Below, one piece after another: positions 57,677 through 64,000 of a DNA stretch of 64,000 nucleotides. Below the pieces are notes generated by a model. The model made no database searches, had not been told where the DNA came from, and was given only the letters and a program-made list of their open reading frames with translations. The position numbers were made by a program, and so were the translations under genes. Position 1 is the first letter of the stretch. Each line of letters opens with the position of its first letter. Location of the stretch: assembly GCA_963704165.1 (NCBI GenBank), contig CAVPHD010000011.1, forward strand, positions 128,001 through 192,000, read 5' to 3'. This stretch comes from an uncultured delta proteobacterium (GTDB lineage Bacteria; Myxococcota_A; UBA9160; SZUA-336).

Positions 57677-59326
57677 ATGGATCCGAACTCGCAAACGATT
57701 CCCCAACTGATTCTCGACGCGGTCGATCGCTTCGGATCGAAGACCGCGATCGAGGACGACGCGGCGACGCTCAGCTACGCCGGGCTCGCGGACGCCGTGA
57801 TCGAGGCCACGAGCGCGTTTCTCGAGGCGGGGATCGAGACCGGTGACCGCGTCGCCGTCTGGGCCCCGAACATCTGGGAGTGGATCGTGGCGGCGCTCGG
57901 CCTGCAGGCGGCCGGGGGCGTGCTCGTCCCGTTGAACACGCGGCTCAAGGGAATCGAGAGCGGGTACATCCTGGAGAAGAGCGGCGCGCGGATCCTCTGC
58001 ACCGTGCGCGGATTCCTCGACGTGGACTACGTCGAGCTGCTTCGCGGCGCGCTCGGTGGAGAACGCGAAGGGCGTCCGATCGCGGGGCTCGACGCGCTCG
58101 AGTCGATCGTCGTCTTGCGTGGCCGCGCCGGAGACACGGCCAGCCCGGGCATCGTCTCGTGGACCGACTTCATCGCGCGCGGAAGGTCGGTCTCCCCTGC
58201 CGATGCACGCCGCCGCGCGCGTTCCGTCTCGCCCGACGACCTGTCCGACATCCTCTTCACCTCGGGCACGACGGGAAAGCCGAAGGGCGTGATGACGACG
58301 CACGCCCAGAACCTGCGCTGCTTCGCGAGCTGGAGCGAGATCGTCGGGCTGCGCGCGTCGGACCGCTATCTGATCGTGAACCCCTTCTTTCACTCCTTCG
58401 GCTACAAGGCCGGATGGCTCTCGGCCTTTCTCCGCGGCGCGACGGTTCTTCCGCACGCGGTCTTCGACGTGCCCGCGGTGCTCGCGCGAATCGGCCGCGA
58501 CCGGATCAGTGTCCTTCCCGGGCCCCCGACGCTGTACCAAACCATTCTCGCTTCGCCTGCGCTCGGGAAACACGACATCTCGTGTCTGCGCCTCGCGGTG
58601 ACGGGAGCGGCCGCGATCCCGGTCGATCTGATTCGCCGAATGCGCAGCGAGCTCGGCTTCGAGACCGTGATCACCGGGTATGGACTCACCGAGAGCTCCG
58701 GCGTGGTCAGCATGTGCCGCCCGGAGGACGATCCCGAAACGATCGCCACCACGTCCGGGCGCGCGATCCCGGGCGTCGAGCTTCGCTGCATCCGAGAGGA
58801 CGGCACCGAGGCTCCGCGCTTCGAGCCCGGCGAGGTGGTGCTTCGCGGCTACAACGTGATGCGCGGCTACTTCGACGACGCCGACGCGACCGACGAGGCG
58901 ATCGACCGCGAGGGATGGCTGCACACCGGAGACATCGGCGTGATGGACGAGCGCGGGTATCTGCGCATCACCGATCGGATCAAGGACATGTTCATCGTCG
59001 GGGGGTTCAACTGCTACCCGGCCGAGATCGAGAACATCATGCACGGGATCGAGGGGCTCTCGCAGGTCGCGGTGATCGGCGTCCCCGACGAGCGCCTCGG
59101 AGAGGTCGGCATGGCGTTCGTCGTGCCGCGCCCCGGCGTCGCGCTCGATTCCCGCGCCGTCACGAGCTGGTGTCGGGAGCAGATGGCCAACTTCAAGGTT
59201 CCGCGTCACGTCGAAATCGTCGACTCGCTGCCGACGAACGCCACGGGAAAGGTCACGAAGTTCGTGCTCCGCGAGCGAGCCGCGGAGAAGCTGCGCGCGT
59301 CAGAGAAAGCGCGCGTAGTCGTCTAG
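57677..59326 (+). CDS. fadD3: FadD3-like acyl-CoA ligase (HIP-CoA ligase)
   Basis: FTSGTTGKPKG, NPFFHSFGYKAG, TGYGLTE, KDMFIVGGFNCYPAEIE. Confidence 0.83.
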   Translation: MDPNSQTIPQLILDAVDRFGSKTAIEDDAATLSYAGLADAVIEATSAFLEAGIETGDRVAVWAPNIWEWIVAALGLQAAGGVLVPLNTRLKGIESGYILEKSGARILCTVRGFLDVDYVELLRGALGGEREGRPIAGLDALESIVVLRGRAGDTASPGIVSWTDFIARGRSVSPADARRRARSVSPDDLSDILFTSGTTGKPKGVMTTHAQNLRCFASWSEIVGLRASDRYLIVNPFFHSFGYKAGWLSAFLRGATVLPHAVFDVPAVLARIGRDRISVLPGPPTLYQTILASPALGKHDISCLRLAVTGAAAIPVDLIRRMRSELGFETVITGYGLTESSGVVSMCRPEDDPETIATTSGRAIPGVELRCIREDGTEAPRFEPGEVVLRGYNVMRGYFDDADATDEAIDREGWLHTGDIGVMDERGYLRITDRIKDMFIVGGFNCYPAEIENIMHGIEGLSQVAVIGVPDERLGEVGMAFVVPRPGVALDSRAVTSWCREQMANFKVPRHVEIVDSLPTNATGKVTKFVLRERAAEKLRASEKARVVV

Positions 59327-60133
59327 CACCGGGAGGACGACGTCGGCCGGTCCCGACGGAAGTCTCGCCACGACTTCGCTGACCCCGATCGACTCGTAGT
59401 ACTCGAGCTTCTCCGGATCGGGGAAGCTGCCCATCAGGACGATGCGAAGCTCCGCCGGATCGCGGCCGACGTCCTCGAACGCGCGGCGCAGCGCGGGAAG
59501 CGCACGCGCGACACCCGCTCCGCCGATCGGCAGCCAGCCGTCACCGAACTCGGCGATCATCGCGAAGAGCGTCGGCCCCGCGGCCCCGCCGAGGAGGATG
59601 GGAAGACGCGGGCGTCGCACCGGCTTCGGCCAGGACCAGCTCGGCTCGATGCGCACGAACTCGCCCTCGAACGAAGCCGAGTCGAGCTCCCAGAGCGCGC
59701 GCATCGCGAGCGCCTTCTCACGCACGACGTCGCGGCGGCGGCGGAAATCGACGCCGTGGTTCTCGGCCTCTTCCCGGTTCCAGCCAAAGCCGATGCCGAG
59801 CACGACGCGTCCACCCGAGAGCAGATCGAGCGTCGCGACCTCTTTCGCGGTGACGATCGGATCGCGCTGTGCGAGCAGGGCCACGCCGGTGCCGAGCTCG
59901 ATGCGCTCCGTCACCGCGGCCGCGGTGGCCAGCGCGACGAAGGGATCGAGCGTGCGGCGGTACGCGTCGGAAAGCTCCGCCTCCCCGGTCGGGGCCGGAG
60001 TCGCCCGGCGCGTCGGGATGTGCGTGTGCTCCGGAACGTAGAGCGAGGCGAATCCGCGCGCCTCCGCCTCGCGCGCCAGCGCATCGGGGCGCATCGCGCG
60101 ATCGGTCGTGAACATGGTCACGCCCAATCGCAT
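59300..60133 (-). CDS. LLM-class, probably F420-dependent, oxidoreductase
   Basis: MFTTD, PEHTHIP, RDPIVTAKEVATLDLLSGGR, GFGWNREE. Confidence 0.85.
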   Translation of the reverse strand: MRLGVTMFTTDRAMRPDALAREAEARGFASLYVPEHTHIPTRRATPAPTGEAELSDAYRRTLDPFVALATAAAVTERIELGTGVALLAQRDPIVTAKEVATLDLLSGGRVVLGIGFGWNREEAENHGVDFRRRRDVVREKALAMRALWELDSASFEGEFVRIEPSWSWPKPVRRPRLPILLGGAAGPTLFAMIAEFGDGWLPIGGAGVARALPALRRAFEDVGRDPAELRIVLMGSFPDPEKLEYYESIGVSEVVARLPSGPADVVLPVLDDYARFL

Positions 60134-60137
60134 CGAC

Positions 60138-61373
60138 TCACTCCGGGTCCGGCGCTTCGATCGCGCCGGCTCGAATGGCTTCGCGGATCTCGTCCGCCGA
60201 CATGCCGAGGAGATCGCCGAAGACGTAGTCGTTGTCCTGCCCGAGCGCGGCGCCGGCGGGACCGCTGCGCCCGGGCGTACCGCGCAGGCCCAGCGGAATG
60301 CCCGTCGCGACGACCTTCCCCTTCGCGTAGTGCGGGATCTCCTCGAAGAAGCCGCGGGCTTCGAGGTGCTCGTCGCGCTCCCGCTGGTCGCGCGTGTTCT
60401 GCACGACCCCGGCCGCGATTCCGGCCTGCTGAAGCGAGCGCATGACTTCGTCGTCGCTCCGTTCGGCCGTCCATGCGCCGAGTCCCGCATCGAGCTCGTC
60501 CGCGTGCTCGAGCCGCGACTCCGGCGTCGCAAAGCGCGGATCCGCGGCCCACTCGGGACGGTCGACGACGCGGCAGAGGCTCGACCACGCCTCGTCGGTC
60601 GAGACCGAGATCGCGCAGAAGCGGTCCTCGCCGCGGCACGGGTAGCAGCCGTGCGGGGCCGCCCACGTCGACCGATTGCCCCGCTTCGGCGGCTCGACGC
60701 CGTTGGCCAGGCGCTCGAGCAGCACGTGCCCGAGCGACGCGACCGTCACCTCGAGCTGGGACAGGTTGATGTACTGCCCGACGCCCGTGCGCCCGCGGTG
60801 ATCGAGCGCGCAGAGCACGGCGAACAGACCGTGCAGCGCGCTCAGCCCGTCCGGGTACGCGTACTGCGTCATCGTGCACGCGCGACCCGGGAAGCCCGAG
60901 AGCTCGCCAAATCCCGAGAGCGCCTCGATGTTCGGCCCCCAGGTCACGTAGCTGCGATTCGGCCCGGAGTCGCCGAAGCCCGAGCTGCTCAAGACGACGA
61001 GATCGGATCTCTCGCTCGCGAGGGTCTCGTAGCCGAGACCGAGCTTGTCCATCACGCCCGCGCTGTAGTTCTCGATCACCACGTCGCAGATGTGGACCAA
61101 CCGCTTCGCGAGTCCGACGGCCTCGGGATTCGTCAGGTCGAGCGCGATGAAGCGTTTTCCGGCGTTCCAGTCGGTGAACCACGGAGAGAGCTGCGGCTGG
61201 GTCCCCATCTCGGGAGCCCACGGCGGCACGTAGAGCCGCACGACGTCGGGTCGGTTCTTCGACTCGACGCGGATCACCTCGGCGCCGCAGTACGCCATCC
61301 AGCGGCCGATCCACGGTCCCGCCATCGCCGACGTGAACTCGAGAACGCGCAGACCTTCGAGGGCTCCCGCCAT
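60138..61373 (-). CDS. Class III CoA-transferase (carries the catalytic Asp)
   Basis: LRVLEFTSAMAGP, AEVIRVES, NAGKR, ENYSAG, YPDGLS. Confidence 0.88.
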   Translation of the reverse strand: MAGALEGLRVLEFTSAMAGPWIGRWMAYCGAEVIRVESKNRPDVVRLYVPPWAPEMGTQPQLSPWFTDWNAGKRFIALDLTNPEAVGLAKRLVHICDVVIENYSAGVMDKLGLGYETLASERSDLVVLSSSGFGDSGPNRSYVTWGPNIEALSGFGELSGFPGRACTMTQYAYPDGLSALHGLFAVLCALDHRGRTGVGQYINLSQLEVTVASLGHVLLERLANGVEPPKRGNRSTWAAPHGCYPCRGEDRFCAISVSTDEAWSSLCRVVDRPEWAADPRFATPESRLEHADELDAGLGAWTAERSDDEVMRSLQQAGIAAGVVQNTRDQRERDEHLEARGFFEEIPHYAKGKVVATGIPLGLRGTPGRSGPAGAALGQDNDYVFGDLLGMSADEIREAIRAGAIEAPDPE

Positions 61374-61377
61374 GGCG

Positions 61378-62589
61378 TCAGATCGTCCGCTCTTCCGCGA
61401 GCCCGCGGAGCTCGTCCTCGGACACGCCGAGCTCGACGCCGAAGATCTCCGCGTTGTGCTCGCCGACGCGAGGTGCCGGCCGCGCGATCCGCCACGGCGT
61501 GCGCGCATGGCGAAACGGCGCGCCGGGAGTGCGCGTGCGTCCCGCACTCGGATGCTCGACGTCGACGAAGAACTCGCGCGCGGCGAGCTGCGGGTCGGCG
61601 ATCAGAGCGGAGGCGTCATGGACCGGCGTGAACGCGATGTGGCGACGCTGCCCCTCGTGATAGATCTCCGCCACGCTGAAGCGCTGCGTGAGTTCGGAGA
61701 TGAACAGGTCGAGAAGCTCGCGGTACTCGATCCGCTTCGACGACGGGCCCTCGAACATCGGGTCGAGAACCTCCTCGTTGCCCGTGACGTCGTGGATCCA
61801 GCGCGCCAGGGCCTGCCAGTGCGCGGGCCGGTTGATCATCAGGTAGACGAGACCGTCGCGACACGGATACGTGCCGGACGGCACCGAGGCGAAGAGACCG
61901 GCGCCGCGCCGGCGCGGGATGATCCCGTCGTCGAGCCACTTTCCGACCCCGGTGATGTGGGTCATCGCGAGCACGACCTCCTGAATCGAGATGTCGACAT
62001 GCTGACCCCGCCCGCTCCGCGTCCCGTGAAGCAACGCGATCATGCTGCTCGACGCCGCGCAGAGCGAGGCCGAGACGTGCGCTTGCTCCCCCGCGAGCCG
62101 CACCGGCGGGTCGTCGGCCTCCCCGATCACGCCCATCGATCCGCCGAGCGCGCTCGCGACCAGGTCGGACGACTTCCAGCTTCGCCGCGGTCCGGTCTGA
62201 CCGAATCCCGTGATCGAGGTCAGAACGACGCGCGGGTTCAGGCGCGCGAGCGCCGCGTAGCCGAGCCCGAGCTGATCGAGGTGCCCGGGAGCGAACGTCT
62301 CGATCACGACGTCGGCCGTTCGCACGAGGTCCCGGAAGAGCTCGCGTCCGCGCGGCCGGGCGAGATCGAGCGTGACGCCGCGCTTGCTCGTGTTCATGTA
62401 CAGGAAGAACAGGCTCGCATCGGGGTGCGCGGCGCCCGAACGGAACGGTGGAACGCGCCGCGTCGCATCGCCGCCGGGTGTCTCGATCTTGATGACGTCC
62501 GCGCCCATGTCGGCGAGCAGCTTGCCGCAGTAGGCGCCGCTCTCGTCGGCCAGATCGAGGACGCGCCGGCCGTGCAGCGCCCCGGTCAA
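61378..62589 (-). CDS. Class III CoA-transferase (partner subunit, Asp apparently absent)
   Basis: RVLDLADESGAYCGKLLADMGADVIKIE, NTSKR, SITGFGQTGP. Confidence 0.88.
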   Translation of the reverse strand: MTGALHGRRVLDLADESGAYCGKLLADMGADVIKIETPGGDATRRVPPFRSGAAHPDASLFFLYMNTSKRGVTLDLARPRGRELFRDLVRTADVVIETFAPGHLDQLGLGYAALARLNPRVVLTSITGFGQTGPRRSWKSSDLVASALGGSMGVIGEADDPPVRLAGEQAHVSASLCAASSSMIALLHGTRSGRGQHVDISIQEVVLAMTHITGVGKWLDDGIIPRRRGAGLFASVPSGTYPCRDGLVYLMINRPAHWQALARWIHDVTGNEEVLDPMFEGPSSKRIEYRELLDLFISELTQRFSVAEIYHEGQRRHIAFTPVHDASALIADPQLAAREFFVDVEHPSAGRTRTPGAPFRHARTPWRIARPAPRVGEHNAEIFGVELGVSEDELRGLAEERTI

Positions 62590-63719
62590 CGCCCCCCGTC
62601 CAGTGCCGACGCGGCCACGAGCTCCTGCAGGTAGCGCGTGTCCCACCACGAGAGCTGAAGCTGCTTCGCGCGCCGGAAGTAGAGCTGGATGTCGTACTCG
62701 ACGACGAAGCCGACTCCGCCCCAGACTTGTTGCGCCATGGCCGTGACGTCGCGGAACGTCTGGCAGGCGAAGAGCTTCGCCATCGGCGCGAGCCGATCGG
62801 CGGGCCGATCGTTCGAGATCGCCCAGGCCGCTTCGTAGACCAGCGTCTTGCCGCCGTCGATCAGCGTCGCGGCATCGGCCAGGTAGTGCGAGATCGCCTG
62901 GAACGAGCCGATCTGCTTGTCGAACTGCTTGCGCTCCTTCGCGTACTCGACGGTGATCTCGAGCGCGCGCTCGGCTCCGCCCATCGCCTGCGCCGCGAGC
63001 AGGACGATTCCGCTCTGCATCGCCCGGCTCCACGTCGCCCAGCCCGTGCCCTTCGCGCCGATCCGGGCCGACGCCGGCACACGCACGTCGGAGAAGTCGA
63101 CGCGGTACTGTGTATCGGAGGCGAGGCTGCGCTGCTGCGTCGCCTCGACACCGGGAGACGCCGGGTCGACGAGCAGGAGATCGATCTCGTCGCGCGCGTC
63201 ACCGCTTCGCGCGAGCACGAGCCATCGCGTCGCGGAGCGCGCGAACGGCACGTGCAGCTTGGTTCCGCGCAGACGGTACCCGTCGGCGATCGGCTCCGCG
63301 ACGAGCTGGACGCCCTCGGGACCGAAGCCGCGCTTCGGCTCGAGCCAGGCGGGCGCGAGGATGCACTCGCCGGCCGCCAGCTTCGGCAGCAGGGCGCGCT
63401 TCTGTTCTTCGTCGCCCGAAAGCCGGAGGGCCGTCGCCCCGAGCACCGAGCTCGCGAAATACGGCGACGGCGCGAGCGCCCGGCCGAGTTCTTCGAAGAC
63501 CACGGCGCCGTCGAGCAGGGTCTGAGCGGATCCGCCGTAGGATTCCGGAATCAGGAGCCCGAGCAGACCGAGCGCGCCCATCTGCTTCCAGAGCTCCGCA
63601 GGGTACCCGATCGGATCGTCCTCCATCGCGCGCACGACACCGATCGGCGAGAAGTCGCGACAGACTCCCCGCACCATCTCTCGCAGCATCTCCTGCTCTT
63701 CGCTCCAGTCGAGATCCAT
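62586..63719 (-). CDS. Acyl-CoA dehydrogenase (heterotetramer beta-type subunit)
   Basis: MDLDWSEEQEML, EELGRALAP, RKQFDKQIGSFQAISH, QQVWGGVGF; short C-terminus. Confidence 0.85.
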   Translation of the reverse strand: MDLDWSEEQEMLREMVRGVCRDFSPIGVVRAMEDDPIGYPAELWKQMGALGLLGLLIPESYGGSAQTLLDGAVVFEELGRALAPSPYFASSVLGATALRLSGDEEQKRALLPKLAAGECILAPAWLEPKRGFGPEGVQLVAEPIADGYRLRGTKLHVPFARSATRWLVLARSGDARDEIDLLLVDPASPGVEATQQRSLASDTQYRVDFSDVRVPASARIGAKGTGWATWSRAMQSGIVLLAAQAMGGAERALEITVEYAKERKQFDKQIGSFQAISHYLADAATLIDGGKTLVYEAAWAISNDRPADRLAPMAKLFACQTFRDVTAMAQQVWGGVGFVVEYDIQLYFRRAKQLQLSWWDTRYLQELVAASALDGGR

Positions 63720-63737
63720 CGCTCGTTTCCTTCGACG

Positions 63738-64000
63738 TTACGGCTGCCACGCCTGGCCGCGGCGCTTCCAGGGGTTGTCCGATTCGCTCGCGGGAAGCGC
63801 GATGCGGGCGACGCAGCTCATCATGGTCTCCTCCTTCACCGCGAGATCGATCGAGACGCTCGCCCAACGACAGCCGGCGTCGTCGGTCGAGACACCATCG
63901 ACGCTGCCGCGAAACACCATGGTGTCGCCCGGGCAGACCGACTTGCGGATCTTGAACTTCATGCGCCCCAGACGCCCCAGAGGGCCGGTCCAGTCCGAGA
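63738..64000 (-). CDS. MaoC/hot-dog fold protein, 3' end only
   Basis: ...DWTGPLGRLGRMKFKIRKSVCPGDTMVFRG; the frame is open to the window edge. Confidence 0.7.
   Translation of the reverse strand, partial: SDWTGPLGRLGRMKFKIRKSVCPGDTMVFRGSVDGVSTDDAGCRWASVSIDLAVKEETMMSCVARIALPASESDNPWKRRGQAWQP

Overview
Very GC-rich bacterial DNA (roughly 70% by eye). An MglA-family GTPase suggests a Myxococcota/deltaproteobacterial-type host, which is an inference. Positions 1-20.4 kb are housekeeping and signalling genes: an MglA-like GTPase, a GAF/degenerate-GGDEF protein, ald, a TolB-like lipoprotein, a JAB peptidase, a DUF1998 helicase fused to an exonuclease, ABC-F, gpgS, PilZ, a catalytically degenerate DinB, a penicillin acylase, acpS, gap-pgk-tpiA-secG and two tRNA-Leu genes. 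From 20.5 kb to the end is a large steroid/lipid catabolic region. It has an actinobacterial-type C/D-ring (HIP) set (ipdAB, ipdC, echA20, fadA6, ipdF, fadD3), a side-chain set (P450, chsH2/chsH1/ltp2, fadA5), kstD, two TetR regulators with candidate palindromic operators, and class III CoA-transferases. The most unusual element is a co-oriented run next to the steroid genes: DUF1214, sulfotransferase, VOC enzyme, di-iron ferritin-like protein, radical SAM protein and a divergent three-subunit acetone-carboxylase-like enzyme. Many genes at 19.6, 23-38.6 and 48.4-50.3 kb carry single-base frameshifts, mostly insertions where I could reconstruct them. These look like long-read consensus errors rather than true pseudogenes. 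All family assignments come from motif recognition by eye; no searches were run.
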